Source: Deltaproteobacteria bacterium
GTDB lineage: Bacteria > Desulfobacterota > DSM-4660 > Desulfatiglandales > HGW-15
Direction of reading: 5' to 3'
NCBI GenBank assembly: GCA_019307805.1
Contig: JAFDIX010000001.1
Coordinates: 1-40,890, forward strand
Length of the DNA: 40,890 nucleotides
The notes beneath the pieces are model-generated. The model was given only the letters and a program-made list of their open reading frames with translations. It was not told the origin of the DNA and searched no databases. Positions 1-7,586 of the stretch are shown here, piece after piece (the first letter of the stretch is position 1; every line of letters starts with the position of its first letter). The translations under genes were made by a program, and so were the position numbers.

Positions 1-1554
1 TACCAAAAGGTATGGGTGCCTGCCGCAGGCGGCTTGGTGGTTGGCCCCCTCGTCTATTTCCTGGCCCGGGAAGCAAAGGGACATGGGGTTCCGGAAGTCA
101 TGGAAGCCGTTGCCCTGCGAAGTGGTGTGATCAGAAAACGCATCGTTCTTGTGAAGTCCCTGGCCTCGGCCATCAGTATCGGCACAGGGGGGTCCGTTGG
201 AAGAGAGGGGCCTATCGTCCAGATAGGGTCCGCCATTGGCTCCAGCCTGGGGCAGATCCTGGGTGTTTCAGGGGATCGTATCAGAACCCTTGTCGGATGC
301 GGTGCTGCAGCCGGCATTGCCGCCACCTTTAACGCTCCCATTGCGGGCGCCATGTTTGCCCTTGAGATTATATTGGGCGAATTTGGATTGACCACATTCA
401 GTCCCATTGTGATTTCATCGGTTGTGGCCACCGCCATCTCTCGCTATTTTCTCGGAAATGCCCCGGCATTCATTGTGCCCTCTTACCAATTGGTCAGCGG
501 ATGGGAGCTACCACTGTATGTCGTCCTGGGAATATTCTGCGCTTTTGTGGCCGTTGCATTTACGATGGTTCTCTATAAAACAGAGGACCTTTTCGATAGC
601 CTCAAGTTTCCAGAATATCTCAAGGCCGTCCTGGGCGGTCTTATCCTGGGAGTCATGGCCCTCCTGTTTCCGGAGATCCTGGGGGTGGGTTATCCAGCCA
701 TGGACCTGGCCCTGGCAGAGAAACTCGCCTGGTGGGTACTCCTCCTCCTGGTGGGGGTGAAGGTCCTGGCCACCTCTATTACCATCGGTTCCGGCGGTTC
801 GGGAGGGGTTTTTGCGCCATCACTCTTTTTGGGTGCCATGGCCGGCGGTTTTTTTGGATGGGTGGTGCATCAGCTGTTCCCCATGGTCACCGCTCCGCCT
901 GCCGCCTATAGCATTGTGGGCATGGCCGCGGTCGTCAGTGGTACCACTCAGGGCCCTCTGAGCGCCATGCTGATCCTCTTTGAGATGACCGGGTCCTACT
1001 TGATTATTCTCCCTCTCATGATTGCCTGCATCATCAGCACCCTGATGAGCAGACACCTCAAAGAGGAATCCGTCTACACCTTGAAACTGGCAAGGAGGGG
1101 GGTGAATATCAGGGCGGGGAAGGAAATCAATGTCCTGAAGTCCATTCCTGTCGGCGATGTGATGACCCATGCGGTGGAAACGATTCCGGAAGGTCTCCCA
1201 CTGGGAGCCATGACAGAGATAATTTCCAAAAGCAAATACAACAGCTTTCCAATGGTGAATGAAACGGGGCACCTCATAGGTATCCTTTCCTACGTGGATT
1301 ATGGTGAGATCATCTTTGATGAAGATTTGAAGGATTTGGTGGTGGCAGAGGACATCGCCACAAAGGATGTGGTTGTCATCAACCCTGATGAGAGTCTCTA
1401 TGACGCCTTTGAACGGATATCTCTGAGGGATTTTGCCCTGCTGCCGGTGGTATCTCCCCAGGATCGGACCAAACTCCTGGGTGTTCTCTCCCGAGGGGAT
1501 ATCATTTCGGCCTATAACAAGGCGGTTATCAAGAAATCGGTTTTTAATCCCTAG
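1..1554 (+). CDS. ClC-family chloride channel/H+ antiporter with C-terminal CBS pair (5'-partial, frame open to window edge)
   Basis: Frame 1 is open from nt 1, so the listed GTG at 16 is probably internal. ClC selectivity motifs GSVGREGPIVQIG and GSGGSGGVFAPSLFLGA are present with many hydrophobic helices. The C-terminal ~150 aa look like two CBS repeats (HLIGILSYVDY, LLGVLSRGDII). About 80 aa normally precede GREGP and are missing here. Confidence 0.9.
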   Translation, partial: YQKVWVPAAGGLVVGPLVYFLAREAKGHGVPEVMEAVALRSGVIRKRIVLVKSLASAISIGTGGSVGREGPIVQIGSAIGSSLGQILGVSGDRIRTLVGCGAAAGIAATFNAPIAGAMFALEIILGEFGLTTFSPIVISSVVATAISRYFLGNAPAFIVPSYQLVSGWELPLYVVLGIFCAFVAVAFTMVLYKTEDLFDSLKFPEYLKAVLGGLILGVMALLFPEILGVGYPAMDLALAEKLAWWVLLLLVGVKVLATSITIGSGGSGGVFAPSLFLGAMAGGFFGWVVHQLFPMVTAPPAAYSIVGMAAVVSGTTQGPLSAMLILFEMTGSYLIILPLMIACIISTLMSRHLKEESVYTLKLARRGVNIRAGKEINVLKSIPVGDVMTHAVETIPEGLPLGAMTEIISKSKYNSFPMVNETGHLIGILSYVDYGEIIFDEDLKDLVVAEDIATKDVVVINPDESLYDAFERISLRDFALLPVVSPQDRTKLLGVLSRGDIISAYNKAVIKKSVFNP

Positions 1555-1661
1555 GAGGCTGCCGGAAAATCCCCATCTGCCGTTCGACAGGCTCACCACG
1601 CAAGGCGAAAGGCATAATAAACAGAAAAGAGGAATTGGATTATATCATCCCTTGTGCCGTT

Positions 1662-1688
1662 GGCCCTATGCCGTGGGCCTTTTTCATA
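1662..1688 (+). terminator. Possible intrinsic terminator downstream of the ClC gene
   Basis: GGCCC (1662-1666) pairs with GGGCC (1675-1679) around an 8-nt loop and is followed by TTTTTCAT. The stem is short and lies ~108 nt after the stop codon. Confidence 0.35.
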
Positions 1689-1689
1689 C

Positions 1690-1877
1690 TTAGGGTTCGC
1701 GCAAAAATAAGTTCGCAGAATTGGCGCCCGGATTTGGGTCAGATTTGGTTGCCCCGATTGAGCAAAGCCGCAGGAATAGTAGTACTATTTCGAGGATTTT
1801 GCGATTGAGGTGCAGGCAAAGATGACCTGAAGATGGGATGCGAAAATGTGAAGATATTTTTTCGCGAGCCCTTAGGG
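1690..1877. repeat. ~190-bp segment bounded by imperfect ~19-nt inverted repeats (MITE-like or structured element)
   Basis: TAGGGTTCGCGCAAAAATA (1691-1709) matches the reverse complement of TATTTTTTCGCGAGCCCTT (1855-1873) at 16 of 19 positions. CTTAGGGT also recurs directly at both ends (1689-1696 and 1870-1877). An internal palindrome AATAGTAgTACTATT is present. Confidence 0.35.
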
Positions 1878-2492
1878 TCGGCACCGCCTGCAGGGGCTGA
1901 AACCATTCCAAAAGGCGTCCCGCCGGTTCTCAAATATCTTTACGTTCCGGGGGTCCGTTTTTCTGCCGAAGAGACAGGTTGGTCGGTGAAAACGGAAAGA
2001 CTTCCTATTGCCTGTATAGTAGGACTCCTGCCGGGCTATCTTTTTTTGCCAAATGCCCAGACCCATCGCCATGGCCCGCCTTTGACAAGACAGCAGCAAA
2101 GGGAAATGCCTCAGGTTTGGGCTGTGGACCATAACATGGGCGAATCCTCTCTCCAGCAGGAGCGTGTTCACCATTTCCCCATTTGCCCTGTACACATAGG
2201 CGAGGAGACGCCCGTAGGCATCCTCTTTCTGCAAGTCAAATTCGAGCCTGACCTTCTGATTGAGGACAAGGCCTCTGTTGTATTTCCTTGCGGCATAGGC
2301 CATAAAATCACTCTTTTGACCATTATGTCGGATCTCGGGGGTATCGATTCCGAGATATCGAACCCGGTCTCCGTTTTTCAGAAGAATTGTGTCCCCATCG
2401 AAGACAAACACGGTAAGACCATGCTGAGGATAGGCTGGGGCTGATCCCAAGAGGACGGCAATCCAGGCCATAATAAAAAGTTTCAATCCCAT
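1872..2492 (-). CDS. Secreted thermonuclease (SNase-like) with C-terminal Ada-type zinc-binding-like motif
   Basis: The N-terminus is a hydrophobic signal-like segment (MGLKLFIMAWIAVLLGSAPA). SNase core strings are VFDGDTILLKNGDRVRYLGIDTPE and LLERGFAHV. The C-terminus FHRPTC...NVKIFENRRDAFWNGFSPCRRCRP resembles the Ada metal-binding Cys pattern. Confidence 0.8.
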   Translation of the reverse strand: MGLKLFIMAWIAVLLGSAPAYPQHGLTVFVFDGDTILLKNGDRVRYLGIDTPEIRHNGQKSDFMAYAARKYNRGLVLNQKVRLEFDLQKEDAYGRLLAYVYRANGEMVNTLLLERGFAHVMVHSPNLRHFPLLLSCQRRAMAMGLGIWQKKIARQESYYTGNRKSFRFHRPTCLFGRKTDPRNVKIFENRRDAFWNGFSPCRRCRP

Positions 2493-2597
2493 GGGTTTCA
2501 GTTGTGCTTAATTATTCAGAATAGAGCTTGGAAAAAATCAATAAAATTTAAATATTTAAAGATAGTACATTTTTATTTACTATGAGCCGTTTTTTTG

Positions 2598-2626
2598 TTG
2601 ACTTCATTGATTTTAGGTATTATAAA
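2598..2626 (+). promoter_or_regulatory. Sigma70-like promoter for the HTH cassette
   Basis: TTGACT (2598-2603), a 17-nt spacer, then TATAAA (2621-2626), inside a very AT-rich intergenic region (10 G+C in 2521-2580 by hand count). It lies ~60 nt upstream of the ATG at 2687. Confidence 0.45.
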
Positions 2627-2686
2627 CCACTATAAAGTCCTTAACAATGAGTAATGCTGGTCAGAACATATATTGAGGAGTATATT

Positions 2687-2857
2687 ATGCCCCAGATTAT
2701 GACTACCAAGGAACTGGCCAAGTACCTAAAGTTGCATGAAATTACCATTTGTAAGTATGCGGCTGAGGGGAAAATTCCAGCTATACGTATAGGACGTGTT
2801 TGGAGATTTGACAAAGAGGCCATTGATAAATGGATCAGTGGAGGGCAGAAGAAGTAA
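2687..2857 (+). CDS. Small excisionase-family / MerR-like HTH DNA-binding protein (HTH_17 type)
   Basis: MPQIMTTKELAKYLKLHEITICKYAAEGKIPAIRIGRVWRFDKEAIDKWI fits the T.KE.A.YL......I......G.IPA.(K)IG+.WRF pattern of excisionase-type HTH proteins. GAGGAG (2675-2680) lies 6 nt before the ATG at 2687, so I prefer this start to the listed 2654. Confidence 0.75.
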   Translation: MPQIMTTKELAKYLKLHEITICKYAAEGKIPAIRIGRVWRFDKEAIDKWISGGQKK

Positions 2858-2859
2858 AT

Positions 2860-3078
2860 ATGAACAGCCCAAAAGACACCCAGGAAATTCAACTCGCCCT
2901 CCACGACAAGACAGGCGCCCTCCTTATGATAGACAAAAGAGAGCGGCGACTTGTGAAAGAGCTCCTTGCCATTACACTGAAATCCAAAAGTTCCCGAGAA
3001 TGGATCGTTAAGAAACTGGGAAGCGAGTATATAGAGATCGCGGAAAAACTGCTTAAAACCATGGGAGGAAGCCTCTAA
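2860..3078 (+). CDS. Hypothetical 72-aa helical protein, translationally coupled to the HTH gene
   Basis: The ATG at 2860 follows the HTH stop codon (TAA 2855-2857) by 2 nt. It shares the strand and low-GC character of the HTH gene. I recognise no family motif. Confidence 0.5.
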   Translation: MNSPKDTQEIQLALHDKTGALLMIDKRERRLVKELLAITLKSKSSREWIVKKLGSEYIEIAEKLLKTMGGSL

Positions 3079-3105
3079 AACCAAAGCTGTCGCAATAAAT
3101 GGGGA

Positions 3106-4281
3106 TCACCCATAGAGGAGGTAGGGGCTTCGCCAGTGATCAAACTCCTCAAGCGGTGGACCCCACATTTCTTTGAGCTCCAGAGTATCCATTCCACTTT
3201 CTACCCCTCTCCTGAGGGAAGCATCTCCTAAAATCAAGTCTATTGGCATTCTGTCGAAAACGTATTCGTAGGGGGGCTCTTTCCATGCGAATTCGCTGCC
3301 GTGGGTCCGGATAATGGCCTCCAGCAGGGCGATTGAGAGGAGATAGGGACGAAAGGCGTGGGAATCCAGGACATGGAGCATGAAACCCCGGCATATCGAC
3401 CCGGCCCATTTGTGGAACGTTGGACGGAAGGAGATTTCCTGCAGGATGCACCCTTTGAGGACTTCCGGAGGCAGGTTTTCCCTGATCCTCTTCGGTTCCA
3501 GGTAAGGTGCACCAAAGATCTCAAAAGGCCGGCACGTGCCTCGCCCTTCGGACAGGTTGGTTCCTTCCCATATCACCTGTCCGGGATAGACCCGGGCAGT
3601 CTCTGCCGTTGGCATATTGGGCGAAGGCATAACCCATCTCAGACCGGTATCCTGCCATTGCATGGCCCTTCGCCATCCTTTCATGGGAACCCACTCCAGA
3701 TCGCAATCCACCTTGAAGGCGGCCCTCAACGCCCCGGCCATTTCTGCCATGGTCAAACCGTGCCTCATGGGAAGGCCGAAGACTCCAACAAAGGAATAGA
3801 ACTCCTCCTGCAAGAGATTTCCCTCAAGAATAGTACCACCCAAAGGATTGGGCCTGTCCAATACAATGATTTTTTTCCCCAATTCCGAGGCAATCCGCAT
3901 GCAATGAAACATGGATGTTGCGAAGGTATAGACCCTCGTCCCTACATCCTGAAGATCAATGATAAGGACATCTATAAGGTCAAACATTTCTGGAGAGGGC
4001 TCTCTGGTCTGGGAATAAAGACTCCAGACGGGAATCTTCAAATCGGGATCAAAGGCGTGCTCTGTTTCAACCATATTATCTTGATCCTCCCCGCCATGGC
4101 CGTGCTGCGGACCGAAAAGGGCCTTCAATTGCCCGGGAAGCAACTGGGAAATGACCCATTTTGCGGGTATCAAACGGCTGTCCAGAGAAGCCTGATTGGA
4201 TAGAAGACCCAACTTGCAGCCTTTCAAGGTGCTCCCGTATTCCTCTTTGAAAACATCGAGGCCATATGCAATTTTTTTCAT
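3106..4281 (-). CDS. DUF1343 family protein (NamZ-like exo-beta-N-acetylmuramidase family)
   Basis: Family-typical strings are GLLSNQAS, LFGPQHG, IIDLQDVGTRVYT and VLDRPNPLGG. GAGGA lies 9 nt upstream of the ATG on the minus strand. Confidence 0.8.
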   Translation of the reverse strand: MKKIAYGLDVFKEEYGSTLKGCKLGLLSNQASLDSRLIPAKWVISQLLPGQLKALFGPQHGHGGEDQDNMVETEHAFDPDLKIPVWSLYSQTREPSPEMFDLIDVLIIDLQDVGTRVYTFATSMFHCMRIASELGKKIIVLDRPNPLGGTILEGNLLQEEFYSFVGVFGLPMRHGLTMAEMAGALRAAFKVDCDLEWVPMKGWRRAMQWQDTGLRWVMPSPNMPTAETARVYPGQVIWEGTNLSEGRGTCRPFEIFGAPYLEPKRIRENLPPEVLKGCILQEISFRPTFHKWAGSICRGFMLHVLDSHAFRPYLLSIALLEAIIRTHGSEFAWKEPPYEYVFDRMPIDLILGDASLRRGVESGMDTLELKEMWGPPLEEFDHWRSPYLLYG

Positions 4282-4297
4282 TTTACAGAATCCTCAT

Positions 4298-4329
4298 GGC
4301 ATGGCCTTTCGAGGCCATTGCCCTTTTTT
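4298..4329 (+). terminator. Orphan terminator-like hairpin plus T-run in the divergent intergenic region
   Basis: GGCATGGCC-tttcga-GGCCAtTGCC (4298-4322) is followed by CTTTTTT (4323-4329). No + strand gene ends just upstream. On the minus strand it lies in the 5' leader of the DUF1343 gene. Confidence 0.35.
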
Positions 4330-4486
4330 AGGGGGAAAATCCGATGGACAACGGTGTTCCACCATGTTAACATTACCGGTCCATTAAAGATCAACAAAAT
4401 TCTGGACATTTTTGCAGGCCGTCCTCCTTTTGGCTTTCTTCTAAAGGAGGATTTTACATATCAGACTGTTCCGGAGGAAGAATGTA

Positions 4487-6388
4487 ATGCTACTGAGTTT
4501 GATGAGAAGACATGCAAAGTCTTGGCTGATTAAGTTTTTGATCGGCATCATAGCGATCGTTTTTATTTTCTATTTTGGATATTCCTTTAATGAAAAAGAG
4601 GGCGTCAAAGTCGCGTACGTCAACGGGGAAGTCATCACCGGCATGGAGTATCAGAAAGCAAAACGGAAGCGACTGGAAGCACTCCAGAGGACCTACAAGA
4701 ATGTCTGGAGCGACAACCTGATAGATGTGTTCGACGTGAAAAACAGGGCTCTCCAGGAACTGGTCGACCAGATAATCATCAGCCAGGAAGCCAAAAGGAT
4801 CGGACTTGATGTCACAAAAGAGGAAATTCAGCAAAGGATCAGCGCCTATCCGGCGTTTCAGTTTAAGGGGCGTTTTGACCTGGGTCGGTATCAGTCCCTT
4901 CTGCAGCGTAACCGGATGAAAGAAGAGGACTTTGAGAAGGGAATCGCACAAGAGTTACTGCAGGAAAAGGTGGGACAGTTTCTGGCGACCTTTACCCCGG
5001 TATCAGATCAGGATGTCCTGGAGCAATATACCTTTATCAGGGAAAAGGTGAAAATCAGTTATGTACAATTCTCTCCGGAACGCTACAAGACATCGGTCAA
5101 GGTAGACCCCGCAGCCATGGAAAAATATTTTCAGGAAAACAAAGAAAAATACCGGATTCCTGAGAAGATAAAGATCACATACATCAGCCTGAACCCCGAG
5201 AAGTTTGAAGACCAGATCAAGGTGACGGAACAGGAGGTGATGGATTATTACGATGATCACCTGGAAAATTTTAAGGAGAATGACCAGGTGAAGGCAAGGC
5301 ATATTCTCTTCAAATTGGAAGAGGGCGCTGACGAGGCGGAAGAAAAAAAGGTGCGCGAAAAGGCGTCTTCAGTGCTTGCAAAGGCACGCAAGGGGGAAGA
5401 TTTTGCCGAGCTGGCCAAAAAATACTCGGAGGGCCCTTCCAAAGACGACGGTGGGGATCTGGGTTATTTTCCTAAAGGCCGGATGGTCAAAGCCTTCGAG
5501 GATGCGGTCTTTAAGTTGAAAAAGGGGGAAATCAGTGATCTCGTGAGGACCCCTTTTGGCTATCATATTGTTCTGGTTGAGGACGTCAAGGAGTCCCGTA
5601 CCAAGGACATCGAAGAGGTGCGTGAAGAGATTACAGGAGCAGTGCGGGGGATCACGAGCATGGATTTGGCCCATGAAAAGGCCCTGTCCCTGACCGACCA
5701 GATGCCATATGACGCGAATCTGGTTTCCTTTGGTTCAAAACACAAGGTTCCATTCAAAGAGAGCGGATATTTTGCACAAACCGAGGAGATCCAGGATATT
5801 GGTGGAGATGACAAGTTGCGGCAATCCCTCTTTTCTCTCGAAAAAAACGACATCAGCGAATTGATTGAATATAATGACAAGTTTTATATCTTTCAGGTTG
5901 TGGATAAAAAGGCATCCTATGTTCCAGAGGCCAAAGAGGTTGAGGACAGGCTCAAACAGGACTACACAGCCTTTCTCGCCATGGCTGAAGCCAAGGCCAC
6001 GGCGGAAAAATTCCTGGCCAGGGTAAAAGAGGGTGCAGATTGGGGCGGGAGCGCAAAGTCAGATGGACTGACGCCCAAGACCTCTGAATTTTTTACCAGG
6101 AATGGACCGATTCCCGATATCGGTTATAATCAGGGGCTTATTGAAGCCGCCTTTTCTCTCGGGGAGGCGAGGCGATACCCGGACAAGGTCTTTGAGGCAG
6201 GCAATGGCGCTTTTGTTATACGGTGGGAAGGCAGTGAAGGTATTGACAGGGTGAAGTATGAAGAAGAAAAGGAAGGCGCGCGACGTTCTCTGATGGTTGC
6301 CCGGCATCAGGCCATGTTCAGAGACTGGTTGGAAGATTTGAAGGGCAAGGCCGATATAGAAATCGTTACGCCCGTTACACGCCTATAG
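4487..6388 (+). CDS. ppiD: Periplasmic chaperone / parvulin-type peptidyl-prolyl isomerase PpiD-like
   Basis: An N-terminal membrane anchor (SWLIKFLIGIIAIVFIFYF) is followed by a SurA-N-like region. The parvulin domain shows ARHILF, GGDLGYFPKGRMVKAFEDAVF and TPFGYHIV. GGAGGA lies upstream of the ATG at 4487. Confidence 0.8.
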   Translation: MLLSLMRRHAKSWLIKFLIGIIAIVFIFYFGYSFNEKEGVKVAYVNGEVITGMEYQKAKRKRLEALQRTYKNVWSDNLIDVFDVKNRALQELVDQIIISQEAKRIGLDVTKEEIQQRISAYPAFQFKGRFDLGRYQSLLQRNRMKEEDFEKGIAQELLQEKVGQFLATFTPVSDQDVLEQYTFIREKVKISYVQFSPERYKTSVKVDPAAMEKYFQENKEKYRIPEKIKITYISLNPEKFEDQIKVTEQEVMDYYDDHLENFKENDQVKARHILFKLEEGADEAEEKKVREKASSVLAKARKGEDFAELAKKYSEGPSKDDGGDLGYFPKGRMVKAFEDAVFKLKKGEISDLVRTPFGYHIVLVEDVKESRTKDIEEVREEITGAVRGITSMDLAHEKALSLTDQMPYDANLVSFGSKHKVPFKESGYFAQTEEIQDIGGDDKLRQSLFSLEKNDISELIEYNDKFYIFQVVDKKASYVPEAKEVEDRLKQDYTAFLAMAEAKATAEKFLARVKEGADWGGSAKSDGLTPKTSEFFTRNGPIPDIGYNQGLIEAAFSLGEARRYPDKVFEAGNGAFVIRWEGSEGIDRVKYEEEKEGARRSLMVARHQAMFRDWLEDLKGKADIEIVTPVTRL

Positions 6389-6395
6389 ACCCAAA

Positions 6396-6477
6396 TCTCT
6401 CACAGAGCCCGCTGAGATCCCAGAGATAAATGGATACAATGGTCTTTCTCTGTGCACTCTGTGTGCTCTGCGAGAGA
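6396..6477. repeat. CACAGAG/CTCTGTG-motif inverted repeat between convergent ppiD and the DUF1285 gene
   Basis: TCTCTCACAGAGC (6396-6408) pairs with GCTCTGCGAGAGA (6465-6477) at 12 of 13 positions. Three tandem CTCTGYG heptads lie at ~6448-6472, and CACAGAG/CCCAGAG copies lie in the left half. Confidence 0.4.
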
Positions 6478-6529
6478 CTCTGCTGCCGGTCCTCAAGGCA
6501 ATCACGCTGTAAGAGATATTTCGGGGACA

Positions 6530-7000
6530 CTACTGCCCGGCGGCGCGAATGACATATTTTTTGTCGTTGAGGGGAAGGACATAGGTGTCGTCTTCCTCTT
6601 CAATATATTGTGCCAGTTGATAATAGGCGGGGCGCAGGAAGCGGGCTGGAAAAACGCCTTCCCTGACCATGGCATAGAGTACATTTTTCGCCCCTATGGA
6701 AAGGGTGTCGGCGCGAAGTACCTCCTGGGTGTCATCATTGAGATATAGGATAAAACGGCACAGACCTTTCCCGGCCCCCTCTTCAAATCGAACCTGCCGA
6801 ATGACGAATGGGGTGTCCTCCACTTCCACATAACACCGCTCGCCGCTCCAGGAGATGATGCAACGTCCCGAAGCGTCCAGTTCCATGTGTTCATAGAAGA
6901 GCCGAATAAACTCCCGGTGGACCATTTCGGCGCCCCGGTGAAACCACCTGCCTTCCTTGTCAATATAGATGAGACAGGGCGGCACATCATTTTCAGGCAT
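6530..7000 (-). CDS. DUF1285-like protein
   Basis: IYIDKEGRWFHRGAEMVHREFIRLFYEHMELDASGRCIISWSGERCYVEVEDTPFVI matches my recollection of the DUF1285 pattern (I..DG.WF..G..I.....V.LF...L..D..G.Y.......V.VED.PF). AGGGGA lies 5 nt before the ATG. Confidence 0.55.
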   Translation of the reverse strand: MPENDVPPCLIYIDKEGRWFHRGAEMVHREFIRLFYEHMELDASGRCIISWSGERCYVEVEDTPFVIRQVRFEEGAGKGLCRFILYLNDDTQEVLRADTLSIGAKNVLYAMVREGVFPARFLRPAYYQLAQYIEEEDDTYVLPLNDKKYVIRAAGQ

Positions 7001-7038
7001 GATTTCCCCTTATTTGGTTGTAAAAAACCTGGTCCTTC

Positions 7039-7095
7039 CCCGCCACAGGGCGGGATTTTCAATCCAGTATAGGAATCCTTGCCCTCGGGGCAAGG
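7039..7095 (-). terminator. Two GC-rich hairpins downstream of the Fe-S subunit gene (possible terminator or processing site)
   Basis: CCTTGCCC/GGGCAAGG (7077-7084/7088-7095) forms one stem. CCCGCC-acag-GGCGGG (7039-7054) forms a second. On the minus strand the second is followed after ~11 nt by TTTTTT. Confidence 0.35.
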
Positions 7096-7127
7096 TCAGA
7101 GTTCAAGCGCTTTGCCATTTGAACGAC

Positions 7128-7574
7128 CTATTCTTCATTTAAATGGATACAGTGGGCCAGACATACGTTGTCGGCACAGGCGGGGAGGAGTCCCTTTTCG
7201 ATCCGATGGTGACAAAGATTACATTTCCGGGCGATGCCCCTGGCACTGTCAAAGGAAATGGCCTCGTAGGGACATGCATCGATACATAGCCGGCAGCCGC
7301 TGCACTTGGCGTCATCCAACAGGACAATATTGTCTTCCCGTTTGGTAATGGCCTCTTCCGGACAGACTTCCGCGCAGGGCGGGTCGTCGCAGTGTCGGCA
7401 GACATGAACGTGAAAAATGAAGTCCACCCCACCTTGCTCGGTCCTGGGCCAGGCCTCTGAAACACGGATGATCTGAAGTCCGTCCGGGGTTCGGGTTTCC
7501 TGCTTGCAGGCAACCTCGCAGGTCCTGCATCCCCAGCATAATTCATGGTCTATGTCGAGTGTATATCTTTTCAT
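7128..7574 (-). CDS. 4Fe-4S ferredoxin-type electron-transfer subunit (DMSO-reductase-family beta-subunit-like)
   Basis: Four Cys groups are present: CWGCRTCEVAC, CRHCDDPPCAEVCP, CSGCRLCIDACP and CNLCHHRIEKGLLPACADNVC. GGGAGAA lies upstream of the ATG, and the start is 12 nt after the stop of the Mo subunit gene. Confidence 0.9.
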   Translation of the reverse strand: MKRYTLDIDHELCWGCRTCEVACKQETRTPDGLQIIRVSEAWPRTEQGGVDFIFHVHVCRHCDDPPCAEVCPEEAITKREDNIVLLDDAKCSGCRLCIDACPYEAISFDSARGIARKCNLCHHRIEKGLLPACADNVCLAHCIHLNEE

Positions 7575-7586
7575 GGATTTTCTCCC

